Of a stretch of 64,000 nucleotides of DNA, positions 37,157-49,330 are shown one piece after another. The stretch is from Octopus vulgaris. Lineage: Eukaryota. The stretch is taken from contig OX597819.1 of the NCBI GenBank assembly GCA_951406725.2, positions 40,114,001 through 40,178,000 of the forward strand, written 5' to 3'. Under the pieces are notes generated by a model that saw only the letters and a program-made list of their open reading frames with translations, was not told the DNA's origin and searched no databases. The position numbers were made by a program, and so were the translations under genes. Within the stretch, counting starts at the first letter, position 1. Every line of letters starts with the position of its first letter.

Positions 37157-38378
37157 CTGTAAGAAAGTTATTCACTGTATTTTGTCATGGAGAAAATTTC
37201 TTGCTGTAGACTAATAGGTGTAAATACACCAAGTCAATACACAATGCCCACCATCCAGACCATTGGTTGGCTGCATACATTTCAGAGTAGGTAACCAGCA
37301 GCAGAAACCAGAAACACAGATGCTGCAAACTTTGTGCGTGCATGTGTGTATCTGTGTGTGTGTGTGTGTGTGTGTGTAAAGATCTCCCAACCACAATAAG
37401 TCTAAAGCCTACAATAATAAATTAGCTCATGCTCTCAAACCTCATAACCCAGGTCAAAGTTCAGCTCAATGCTTGCTGTTGTCTTGAAATCATGAAAAAA
37501 AAAAAACACTGGTTCAACACAGTCAAAATTCCTGATAGATCTGTATATAGATATAATGAGAAATTTGTTCTCAAAACTAATGAATTCTCCAATCTTAATA
37601 TCTTGTCCCAAAACAATAAATATTACTGAATCTTAAGTAGCTTATAATTATTTAATACAGAAACTAAACTTGACTGTGTGATTAATGAGCTATGTGGTTT
37701 CATGTTCAGTGGGAAAATGTCCTATACTATAGCCCCAGGCCAACAAAAAACCTTGAGTAAATTTGATAGATGGAAACTGAAAGGGTCCTGTCATATAGCA
37801 TCACCATCATCAACATCGTCTAACATCAGTTTTCCATGCTGGTATGAGTTGGATGATTTGACATGCAGCTGGCCAGCTGGGAGCTGTTCAGGCTCCAATT
37901 GTCTGTTGTGGCATGGTTTCTATGGCCAGATGCCCTTCCTAATGCCAACCACTTAACAGAATGTGCTGGGTGCTTTTTACATACCATTGGCAAGGGTGCA
38001 TTTATGCAGCACCAGCACCTGAAAGGTTAAGTCCGTATGTGTGGAAGACAGCAGTTTTACGTAGCTTGATGCATCTTATCAAGTACAGCAAATCACCACA
38101 TCTTCTGGACCCTTGTCATTTACTCAGTGAAGCCCAGCATCCAAAGATCCTTTTGCACTACTTCATCCCACATCTTCCACAGGTACCCTCCACATTTAGA
38201 GCTCAGCACTTCTTTACACAGGTGTCCTCATTCAATATTTTATAAATATGGGTGTTTAAAACTATGCTCTACAAAAAAAAATTACAAGTGTTGCTGTAAG
38301 ATCTTTTACTTGAAATGTAAGTAAGGCTTAGCAACAGGAAGGGAATTCAGCTGCAAAAAAAAAAAAGCCTCCAATAAT

Positions 38379-38753
38379 CATCATCATCATCATCATCATT
38401 GTTTAACATCCACTTTCCATGCTAGCATGGGTTGAACGATTTGACTGAGGTCTGGTGAACCAGATGGCTGCACCAGACTCCAATCTGATCTGGCAGAGTT
38501 TCTACAGCTAGATGCCCTTCCTAACGCCAACTGCTCCGACAGTGTAGTGGATGCTTTTACGTGCCACCGGCACAAGTGCAAGTCAGGCGGTACTGGCAAT
38601 GGCCACGCTCATATGGTGCTTTTTATGTGCCACCTGCACAGGAGCCAGTCCAGCAGCACTGGCAAGAACCTCACTCGAATGTTTTTTCACGTGCCACCAG
38701 CACAAGTGTCAGTAAGGCGACGCAGGTAACGATCATGCTCAAATGGTGCTTTT
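38379..38753 (-). mobile_element. RTE 3'-end copy (further copies at about 7549, 22931, 32172, 34790, 37801, 42740, 44042, 49045 and 62716)
   Basis: (CAT)n plus GTTTAACATCCACTTTCCATGCTAGCATGGG...GATGCCCTTCCTAACGCCAAC. Confidence 0.85.
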
Positions 38754-39370
38754 TGATAATATATATTCAGTTAACCTATGCCAGCAAGGGAAAAACATCT
38801 AAGAGCAAACAAACAAATGAACATAACCAATTATCAAAATACTGTTCTCTCTTCCATTGTAAGTTCAATTAATGATACCACATGCAATATTACATGTTAG
38901 AAGTTCTAACATAGATAATTGATTAAATATAAAACCATGGCTAAATCACTTGAAAGTAAGAAGGACTTGGTAGCATGTACCATGCTTTGGCTGATTGATT
39001 TAGGTGTCTATGTAATTACAAAGATATATAGATACCCTCTTGGCCTTCTATACCTTGATTCAGTGGAACATAAGAGATTTTGACAGCTGGCAGGAGATGG
39101 CAATGGGGAGAGACTGCACCAGTACTAGGCTAATACTCATTTTCAGCTGAGTAGATTAGTGCACCATTAAAAGAAGCAGCTTGCTGAAGGACACAATGCG
39201 CTGCCTAGGCCTGGGATCAAACTCATTTTATGATCATGAGCTCAAAACCCTAACTACTAAGCCATGCACTTGCATACATATAATATACAATTACAATGTG
39301 ATGAAATCTGAATTTCAACAGGTTGGAATTTTATTGATAAATGATCAGTTTGAGGCTGTGATTGCCACAA

Positions 39371-39688
39371 TTTTTTTTTATTTATGCGCCCTTTTCAAGC
39401 CTACCCAGGCTCATGGGCCCGGTTTCTGTGGTGTATGTACCCCCCCCCCCCCGCTGAACGGGACACCAGTTCATCACAGCATTACCCAAGAAACAGGAAG
39501 AAAGAGTGAGAGAAAGTTGAGGCGAAAGTGTACAACAGGGGTCGCCACCACGCCCTGCCGGAGCCGAGTGGAGCTTTAGGTGGTTTTTTTCACTCAATAA
39601 ACACACACAACATCTGGTTTGGGAATTGAAACCGCAATCCTCCAACTGCGAGTCTGCTGCCCTAACCACTGGTGCCATTGCGCCTCCA
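39371..39688 (-). mobile_element. SINE family B, tail variant 2 with A-rich end
   Basis: Reverse complement head GGAGGCGCAATGGCACCAGTGGTTAGGGCAGCAGACTCGCAG; same central body as 27472. Confidence 0.85.
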
Positions 39689-40004
39689 AATTGGATTGCC
39701 AATTGGATCTTGAAAACATCTAATTTCTTTCTTCACATATAGAAGATTAGATGTTATGCAAAACCAATTTGTATTACAGCTGTTGCTCTCTAATTGTAAA
39801 TAGAGCATGAATATCTAAGAGAAATTGCAAGGCTTCCAAAACATTGCAGTAAGTACCTCATTATTAACATCTCACACCTAAAGAAGAGTATGTGCATTAG
39901 TAGTCAAAGTAAGCTGCCATTGCTCACTAAGGGCTGCACAAATAGTAGTCAGTGCTACTAGTATGCTAATGAGCTAATGAGGGAGCCTCTTCCTTATTGC
40001 TCAC

Positions 40005-40195
40005 CATGTTAGAAATAACAGCTAAATCTCTTTCAAATCACATCCTACCATTTTAAGAAAAAGGATACATTTGACAATGTGAACCCTAAATATACTATAT
40101 ATCTGAAAAGTAAAATGACAGGATGGCTATGGTTGGCATGCCTTTTGATCATAAGTCTATTTGATCAGGGCTGACCTAGGGCTAAACAACAACAG
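40005..40195 (+). repeat. Old interspersed retroposon family ending in (AAC)n
   Basis: GAAATA(A/G)CAGC.AAATCTC..TCAAATCACA...GGATGG.CATGG.TGGAATG..TTTGATCATA.GTCT..CTAAACAACAAC recurs at about 40245, 42115, 45465, 49820, 50320, 61800 (+) and about 8500-8660 (-). Confidence 0.7.
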
Positions 40196-40274
40196 CTAGA
40201 CAATTTATGTCAAGTCAATGAAGGAGTTTTATGTGGCCATTAAATCCATTAGAAATAGCATTCAAATTCCAAAC

Positions 40275-40534
40275 CAATATTTCTCAACCATTTTTTACCT
40301 ATGAACCCCTTTGATTCCTATTTTACTCTGGTGGACCCTTCCAACCCCCATTGCCATTTGATGTTTAAAAAATCCTATTATATTTTTGAATATTATGAGG
40401 AACTGCATAACAAAATTGTTAAAATATTTTGTGCATTGTAGAAATATAGCCAATTTTTTGTGCATAAATTTTAACAACAAAATTTAATAATATCAACACC
40501 AAAGGGCCACATGGACACTAGTTGAGAACCACTG
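40275..40534. mobile_element. hAT (Charlie-like) MITE nested in an older retroposon
   Basis: Ends CAATATTTCTCAAC...GTTGAGAACCACTG; imperfect 8-bp TSD TTCCAAAC/TTCCACAT. Confidence 0.65.
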
Positions 40535-40957
40535 TTCCACATTCTACAACCTTAAAAATTGAAGTTTACTCAGAGTAATATAATTTAGCAAAATATTATA
40601 GAATGGTCATGGCTGGAAAGACTTTGATCATAGGTTTGTTTGATCAGACCTATCCAAGGATTAAACAACTACAACTTTCATTGAATGGTTAGTCAACCAC
40701 ACTAAACTACCCTGAAGTATAATACTTGGATAAGTTAATGATTGAACAAACAGCCTCACCTCACTACTCTGTTGTACATTAGAATATTGCTTGGTTGTTA
40801 TTTTAACACTTGTGGTTAAAAATTTTGAAACCAGTTAACACTACAATGTTTTGATAGCGTTATGTTTTAACATACCACACTTGACATAACAGAGTACCGC
40901 TTAACATAATACAGTGCCACTTAAATATAAGACACATTTACAACAAAAAATATTCAA

Positions 40958-41311
40958 CGCGCAGGAGTGGTTCCGGGTTCAGTCCCACTGCGTGGCATCT
41001 TGGGCAAGTGTCTTCTGCTATAGCCCCAGGCCGACCAATGCCTTGTGAGTGGATTTGGTAGACGGAAACTGAAAGAAGCCTGTCGTATATATGCGTATGT
41101 TTGTGTGTCTGTGTTTATCCCCCTAGCATTGCTTGACAACCGATGCTGATGTGTTTATGTCCCCGTTACTTAGCAGTTCGGCAAAAGAGACCGATAGAAT
41201 AAGTACTGGGCTTACAAAAGAATAAGTCCCGGGGTCGAGTTGCTCGATTAAAGGCGGTGCTCCAGCATGGCCACAGTCAAATGACTGAAACCAGTAAAAG
41301 AATAAAAGAGT
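40958..41311 (+). mobile_element. SINE family A with a deletion in the head
   Basis: GCAGGAGTGG joined directly to TTCCGGGTTCAGTCCC, followed by the standard body and tail; CpGs retained, so relatively young. Confidence 0.85.
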
Positions 41312-41722
41312 ACTTCGATTATGAAGTTCAGCACAGAGTTTCAATGATTACAGTATGAGATATAAAATTTGATGACAATACTCTTCTAAATAGATTTAGT
41401 GTTTGTAAAATCATTAAACTTATGTAGACTGTGTGTGAAGATCTATGAGCAGAACTGTACATTTTGTACAATATTAATTTTTTTACCTACATCAATGAAA
41501 TAAAATAGTACATTAAAATAATAATTTAACTCCATCAAAGTGTTTATCAGAATAATAAAACAGCTGTTAAAACAGTGACAGAAAAGATGATGATGATGAT
41601 GATGGTAGTAATAATAAGATAATAATAACAAAAGAAAACGCAAAGACACTTAATAAAAACAAAGATTATGACGAAGTTGAAGATGATAACAATCTGAAAA
41701 ACAGGCAACAATGACAGAAGTT

Positions 41723-41948
41723 CTGGTTCAATTTCACTCCTTTATTATTAGTCAATTGGTTAAATATCCAACAAAATAATTAACTGTTTGTTTAACTTGG
41801 TTAAACAGTAAGTCTTTAAGTGAATTCAACACACAAATTCATATAAGAAACAAATTACTGTTTAATCAAGTTAAACAAACAAACAATAAATTAGTTAGTT
41901 GGATATTTAACCAACTGACTCATAATAAAGAAGCAGAATTGAATTAGA
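41723..41948. repeat. AT-rich foldback / MITE-like inverted repeat
   Basis: CTTTATTATTAGTCAATTGGTTAAATATCCAAC and TGTTTGTTTAACTTGGTTAAACAGTAA are mirrored by TTACTGTTTAATCAAGTTAAACAAACA and GTTGGATATTTAACCAACTGACTCATAATAAAG. Confidence 0.75.
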
Positions 41949-43398
41949 GCGTGTGTTATTAATATTGGTATAATGACTCTCCCTAGACACAACAAAAATT
42001 ATTTCATCACACAAATTCACATAAAGAATCTTGCAAACCAGATACAAAAACAAGGCAACAATGACATTGAAGGAGAAAGAAGATAACAATGTTATTACAA
42101 GCCAACATGAGAACCACTACATGGTCATTCAGCCTGCCACAGACAGTTGCTAAATTTCCTTTATATCACATCCGAACAATCTTAAAAAAGATGATACATA
42201 AGACTACTATGAGTGTATAACATATATAATGCTTGAAAAAAAGGTGAGATGGTCATGGTTAGAATGCTTTTGATCATAGGTCTGCTAAAACAGGATAAAA
42301 ACAACAACAGTGATAACTCAAAGCCTCACAACAATAATAGTAATAAGTACCTGCAATTACTTGTCCCCTTTCCATCACACCTATCCATACCCATCCCTTA
42401 TAATGTTGAATAGCTTCAGACATCCCTCTAACATGATCCCTCACACATCCACCCTATCACTTTTTCAACTCTTCCCTTTTTTCTGCCATCCCCACCATCC
42501 TCTCCTCTTATTTAGCATCCTTCATCCCTCAACCTAGAATCATTGCCTACAATGATTTTACGTAGATTCATAGCTACTTCCAAAATTTATTTAAAAAATG
42601 AGACATCAACATCACTAGCTTAAATTACATTGGCCTCTAAGAATACTAAACGACACATTATCAACATTTTAGAAGCATCCATCTTCCACGGCAGAAGTGT
42701 TAAGGTTGTTGCCCCTGGTGATAAGGATTGGCTTGCAAGAGACTTGTGCCAGTGCCACATAAAAAGTACTTATGCCAGCACCACATTAAAAGCACCTAGT
42801 ACACACTGTGAAGTGTTTGGCATTAGGAAGGGCATCCAGCCATAGAAACCAAGCTAAATCAGATTGGAACCTGGTGCAGCTTTCTTGCTTCCCAGCTCTG
42901 AGCAAATTATCCAACCCATGCCAACATGGAAAACAACCATTGGAGGAGAAAGAGGAAAGGAGGGGGAGGAGGAGGAAAAGGGGGAGGGAGAGGAGGAAAT
43001 AGGGAAGGGGAGGTGGGAGGGGAGGAGGAGGAGGAGGATCTTTCATCTCATCCAGATACGCACACACATCAAAACAGTTGCAATATCAATTGCCGCAGGA
43101 GGTACAAAAGGGTTGTCAGTCATTTTCAACAACTCTTGAAATATTTGTTTTCCAAGCTCATTTTGCCTGCCCCTTCCACAAGATCACCAACACTAGAAAA
43201 TGGACAAAACTCACCATGCCAGGATATTAATTCTATGAGAGCTGGAGTAGAAGTTAGAAACAAGAATCTATATTGCAAAATTGTAATTCTCTCTTCCCCA
43301 AATAAATTGCACTTCATATTTGAGGCTCCTATGAGGTATAGGATGCTATTCAGGCACTCAACTAAGAGCCCACTGCATCTTAGAGCAGAAACAGCTGT

Positions 43399-43766
43399 GG
43401 AGGTGCAATGGCCCAGTGGTTAGGGCAGCGGACTCGTGGTCGGAGGATTGCGGTTTCGATTCCCAGACCGAGCGTTGTGTGTGTTTATTGAGCGAAAACA
43501 CCTAAAGCTCCACAAGGCTCCAGCAGGGGGTGGTAGCAGCCCCTGTTGTACTCTTTCACCCCAACTTTCTCTCACTCTTTCTTCCTGTTTCTTGTCCACG
43601 ACTTCCTACGCAACATCTGAGCCTGGATGCGCACTCATCCATCCATCGATGCTCTCGGTGTCGGGGGGTTGACCTGCTTTCTCTTCTGCAGGTCTTACGA
43701 ATAGCAAAGGACCACATTTCGGACTTCTCCCACTACAGGGACGAAGACCGTTCACTCAACAGCAAC
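43399..43766 (+). mobile_element. SINE family B, tail variant 3, with about 15-bp TSD
   Basis: Same head and body with an unrelated 3' part; TSD AGCAGAAACAGC(T/C)GT at 43384-43398 and 43767-43781. Confidence 0.85.
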
Positions 43767-44218
43767 AGCAGAAACAGCCGTAAGCTAATGAAGTTCATAA
43801 CGTAACCATTGTTTTCCTGCGTCATCCATTTTTTTAATTACTACTCTATATCCATGTAACACATTGTTCTGAAACACACATATTGAGTTCTACACCAGGT
43901 TATTAGTCTCACAATGTCTAAATGATATACTTATATAATGCCTAGGAGGACAATAACTCCAAATAAGAAGTGGCTCAAACTGTAATAACATGTCCAACAC
44001 ATGCCAGTATGGCAAGTGAATGTGTGTTAATGTGTGTATGGCAAAAGCACCATTTACACTCTTGGAGTGGTTGGCATTAGGAAGAGCATTCAACTGTAGA
44101 AACCATGCCAAATTAGACTGGAGTCTAGTGCAGCCCCTCAGCTTAACAGCCCTGCTCAAACCATCCAACCCATGCCAGCATGGACAATGGATGTTAAATG
44201 ATGATGATGATGATGATG

Positions 44219-44249
<31 letters not shown>

Positions 44250-45702
44250 CACAGACACACACCACCATCACTAGTGACCTCACCAACCAACCCACCAGGT
44301 TACACACCCCAACCACAATGCTTTAACACAACTATTATTGGAGAACAGCTCAATGTAGTCGATACATCCTGGATTTTAGATAGTACAGATAATTCATGGG
44401 GTAACATAATAGCAACATAACTAATGTTCCATTACATCTTAAGCAACCCACACTAATACACATACATATCACACTAAGTCAATGACAATTCTTCTATGAA
44501 CACTGACTTCTGCTTCACACACCAAGCTAGCACAACCAATTGCAATCACCCAACTGTCCTCAGGCCAATAACCATTATCATCACAAAATAGTCATGCATC
44601 AATGAATAAAGCAAAATACATTTTTTTTACAAACTTCAAAAGCATTCCATCAAGAGACAGATTTAAGATTTTCAGTATTTAACACCACCAACCCAAGCTC
44701 CAACATAATATACTGCAGTAGAAGACATTCAACGAAATAATTGTAGATACATACAAAAACTGCAGCATAGCAAAAAAGTACAACTCTAGTTACATAACAG
44801 AAATAGTCACCTCATAAATACAATATGCCAACACCCTGTACAATTGAAGTTAAATTCAGCACCAAATGAATAAACAAAAAAAATAAATCACAGGAAAAAA
44901 AAAATCTGGCACATATTTACATTCAACATAAACTACAAGACTGACAGTAAAATACTATACAGAATAATAAGCATCATCAACATTAACACTACTCAAACCA
45001 CACCCATGCTGCAACGACTATCTCAAATAACATCCTGCAACAGCAAGCAAATGTTTTTAGCAATCATTTCTTGAAAATCAACCACCAAAATTACACAAGG
45101 CAGGAACACAAATTAAAAATATGCACCTTTACCTAGAACAGGATTTCGATTCCTTCTTTCCATCAAACACCAAAAAAGGCAATAGGGCCATTTAAAATCT
45201 CAAAAACTCAGAGTAGAGAAAATCACAAACATATATCTAAAATCTCCACGTGCCAACCTCTACAGCTACTCATACCAACATTGTTAACTTCCTAGAATCT
45301 AGGCAAAATTATAACAATTCTAAAGCTCGACAAAATTACAAGTCAACTAACATCATATAGATCCATCACCCTCCTAGATACATGTACAACAATTTGATAA
45401 AAGCTAATCTTTACCACCACTAATGCAGATTCTTCTCTACAAAACAATACAGATTCAAACAAGACATTTGCAATCTTCCTCAAATCACACCCGACTACCT
45501 TTAAAAAAGGACACATTGAATAATGTGATTGATATTGGATTTTCTCTACATAGGCAAAAGACAAAATGGATATGGCTAGAATTCCTTTTAATCAAGTCAA
45601 CCTAGGTTTAAGTAACAACAACAAACACAATACCCACAAAACTACACAGAGAATACAAAATGGTTTCAAAAACAACACCATTCTATTTACTAGTAATAAA
45701 TG

Positions 45703-47389
45703 CACCGATCCCTTATCTGGTGGGCAATGTGGAAACTAGGGATAGATGAGTGGTTAGTGAGAGCTGTACAAGCTATGTACAGAGATGCTGTCAGTAAGGA
45801 GAGGGTTGGCAACGAGTATAGTGAAGAATTCCAGGTAGGGGTAGGGATCCACCAAGGATCAGTCCTCAGCTCCCTCTAATTCATCATAGTCCTCCAGGCA
45901 ATAACAGAGGAATTCAAGACAGGCTGCTCAGCATAGTGGAGCCCCTGAGAGCTCCTCTATGCTGATGACCTTGCTCTAATAGCTGAGTCAAATCACAACT
46001 AGAGGAGAAGTTTCAGGTGTGGAAGCAAGGATTAGAATCAAAGGGCCTTAGAGTCAATCTAGCAAAAACAAGTCTTAATAAGTAGGAAGGCAAACAAATC
46101 TTAAAAACCCTTCAGGTAGATGGCCCTGCTTGATCTGTAGAAAAAGCGTAGGTAGAAACTCTATAAGATGTACCCAGTGTAAGCTATGGACACATAAGAG
46201 GTGCAGCAATATCAAAGGAAGGTTAACTGGGAAGATAGTTTTTGTGTGTGGCAAATGCCCAGGGGCAATAAACACTAAAAATGTGCAGAAAACAGCTTCC
46301 ATTACATAATAGGGGGAAAAACTAGAAGTAGTTGATAGCTTCCGTTACCTAGGTGACCAAGTCAGTTGCAGGGCCGGATGCTTTGAGAGTGTAGCTGCTA
46401 GAATAAGAATAGCCTGCGCAAAGCTCAGAGAGCTCCTACCTCTGCTGGTGACAAAGGGCCTCTCACTCAGAGTAAAAGGTAGACTGTATGATGCATGTGT
46501 GTGAACAGCCATGCTACATAGCAGTGAAACATAGGCCGTGACCACTGAGGACATGAAGCTAGTATGCTCTGCTGGATGTGTAAATCAGTGTGCATTCATG
46601 ACAGAGTGTAAGCAGCCTGAGAGAAAAGGTGGACATAAGAAGCATCAGATGTGTTGTGCAAGAGAGACAACTGCACTGGTATGGTCATGTGTTGCATATT
46701 GATGAGGACAGCTGTGTGAAGAAGTGTCACACCCTAGTAATAGAGGGAACCTGTGGAAAAGGTAGATCCAAGAAGACCTGAGATGAGGTGGTGAAGCACA
46801 ACCTTTGATCGTTGACCCTCAAAAAGGTGATCAAAAGTGACTGAGACCTATGGAGACATGCTGTGCATGAGAAGACCCAGCAAGCCAAGTGAGACTGTAA
46901 CCGTGGCCTATGCCAGTGCAGTATAACCGGCCCATCTAAGTACCCTTCAATCATTGGGCAATAAGCCATGCTTAAGAAGACCTGTTGAGTCAAGTGAAAT
47001 CATTGTTGTGGTTGATGACAGTACCGCCTGATTGGCATGTCAAATGCACCATTCTAGCATGGTCGATGCCAGTGCCACTAGCATGTAAAAAGCACCATTC
47101 GAGCATGATCGTTGCCAATGCTGCCTGACTGACTCCTGTGTCAGTGGCATGTAAAAAGAACCATTCAAGTGTGGTCGATGCCAGTACCGCCTAACAGGCC
47201 CTCATGCTGATGGCACATAAAAAGCACCCACTACACTCTCGGAGTGGTTGGCATTAGGAAGAACATCTGGCTGTAGAAATTCTGCCAGATCAGATTGGGG
47301 CCTGGTGCAGCCTTCTGATTTGCCAGCCCTCAGTCAAACTGTCCAACCCATGCCAGCATGGAAAGCAGACATTAAACAATGATGATGAC
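45703..47389 (+). mobile_element. 5'-truncated RTE-clade LINE: RT, C-terminal region and 3' UTR with about 60-bp tandem units and (ATG)n tail; disabled
   Basis: Translates to RSLIWWAMWKLGIDEWLVRAVQAMYRDAVSK...GIHQGSVLS...ELLYADDLALIAES (YADD at 45958-45969), with stops and frameshifts. Ends in CCATGCCAGCATGGAAAGCAGACATTAAACAATGATGATG. Confidence 0.92.
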
Positions 47390-47714
47390 AATGCTGATAC
47401 CAATCTATCACATGCAAAATTTTTAACTCCATCCCCTACTATACACTTATTTAAAAAAATATTCAATGACCTTAAGAAGCAACACAAAACACTGGTTAGC
47501 ATACTACATGTCATGTCCCCAAGCCTATATAGTGCACATGAACACTTCTAAAGATGGCAATTTCTGAACAGAGCACCACAAGGATCCATCCTCCCATCAA
47601 CTGTTTTTAACCAATACCTGCACAACTTCTCCACACTTCCTTGGAACATAGGTACAGCTTATATGAAGATAACATTACACTTCAATCCTCTATAATAATA
47701 ATGAAATTATTGTA

Positions 47715-48115
47715 TACAGTGCTGAGGTGCACCACAACTTGTCAAAAAGTGCGTATAAAGCATATGCAGTAATGTACAAATGTCTGGAAAGCAAACAGTG
47801 TACAAGTCAGATACATGCTTGTGTGTGTATGGAGGGGAGAAAATCAGGTGTAGTGTTGGCGAATCTCAGGAAGCATGGAAGTTTTGAAAGATGCAGTGCT
47901 CCGACAACTAACAACTGATGCCGGCAGTTTGTTCCATGCTTCAGCAACTCTTAGCATGAAAAAATGTTTCCGAAAGTCATGGAAGGAGCTGTGCTGTTTT
48001 CTGACTTTGTAAACATGTCCACGGGTGTTAGACAGGTGGAGTTTGAAAAGGTGCTCAGAGTTATTGTTTGTAAGATGTTTAATAATTTTATGGGTGTCTG
48101 CCAAGTCAGCTGCCA
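47715..48115 (-). mobile_element. 3' fragment of CR1/L2-group LINE
   Basis: ORF 47844..48104 contains NTRGHVYKV...RKHFFMLRVAEAWNKLPASVVSCRSTASFK, the typical CR1-group ORF2 C-terminus (TRGH..KL...FF..RV...WN.LP..VV...S...FK). Confidence 0.85.
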
Positions 48116-49102
48116 GTGACTACCAGATACAAGCAACCATCACAATCAAAAATTAAACATAATCCACATGCACATACAGACAGACAACTATGAGAACATT
48201 CAAACAATACCTCCACAATATTCCTAACACACATAGAAGACCTTGTAAGGAAAGCAAATGATGCAATAACATAGAGTAGTCACAGATACCACATTTAACC
48301 AACAGCAAAAAACACCACTAATAGAATGCAAACAACACTTTAGATCTATTATTGACTATGGTAGCCTTCGCTGGACTGTTAAACTTTTCTTTCTCTTTAC
48401 AAGAAATTAGAAAGTACACAAAGCATTACACTGTGTAAACAAACCTATATTACAATATAAAAGTACAAAGTATGAAAAAAAAACATCTGAATATGTGAGG
48501 CATACAATTTCTTGCTGCAGCAAGCTTCAACTCTCAGCCCATGTGACTACATGAGAAAACCACCTCTAACACCCAGCCACATATATAACACTGCAGGACA
48601 CTACAACAACAGCCTCCTCAAAACACTATCTCTCTCATTCAATTCAGACACCCATAAAAATAAAACATGCACTCAGAAATAGCAGCCATGTCAAGTGTCT
48701 TATCAGTCCAAAACACTGCGCTAGGATGCACACCTCAAACAATGAGTACTAAGTAACCCTAAGCCCACCCTGTCCACTTCTGATATGACTAACACCAAAA
48801 TCTTCAGATATATGGGAATAGACTGAGTCAAAAGTGTCACACTGCAATTCAGAGTGTACAGCAATGTTCTCAACTACACAAGCAAGGTACAGCTAGAAAG
48901 ATAGAGCCATGAGCTAATTATCTGCATGCTGTATGACTACTGGACCAGGGGTTGCCTGGTGCTAAACATCACCTCTAGCCACAAGTCAAAGAAGAAGTGC
49001 CAGCTAGAAATAAAAGTCAAAATTCTCTAATGATCATATCCTATCATCATCCTCATCATTTATTGTCTGTTTTCCATGCTGGCATGGGTTGGACGGTTTG
49101 AT

Positions 49103-49330
49103 AGGAGCTGGCAGAAATGTTAGCACGCTGGGCGAAATGCCTAGCGGTATTTCGTCTGCCGCTATGTTCTGAGTTCAAATTCCGCCGAGGTCAACTTTGC
49201 CTTTCATCCTTTTGGGGTCGATAAATTAAGTACCAGTTATGCACTGGGGTCGATATAATCGACTTAATCCGTTTGTCTGTCCTTGTTTGTTCCCTCTGTG
49301 TTTAGCCCCTTGTGGGTAGTAAAGAAATAG
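49103..49330 (+). mobile_element. SINE family D inserted into an RTE 3' tail
   Basis: GAGTTCAAATTCCGCCGAGGTCAACTTTGCCTTTCATCCTTTTGGGGTCGATAAATTAAGTACCAG core, flanked by duplicated GGTTTGA(T/C)AGGAGCTGGC. Other copies at about 24165-24380 and 52550-52730 (-). Confidence 0.8.

Larger units (their letters stand above)
44270..48900 (+). mobile_element. Old degraded LINE (I/Jockey-like) interrupted by younger insertions
   Basis: AKIITILKLDK...SYRSITLL at about 45300-45380 and APQGSILPSTVFNQYL at about 47570-47620 flank the RTE insertion. A/C-rich strand bias; boundaries approximate. Confidence 0.6.

Noticed and set aside
42926-43423. 165-aa Gly/Glu-rich ORF
   Set aside because: Spans an RTE tail, a GGA purine tract and a SINE head; low-complexity artefact.
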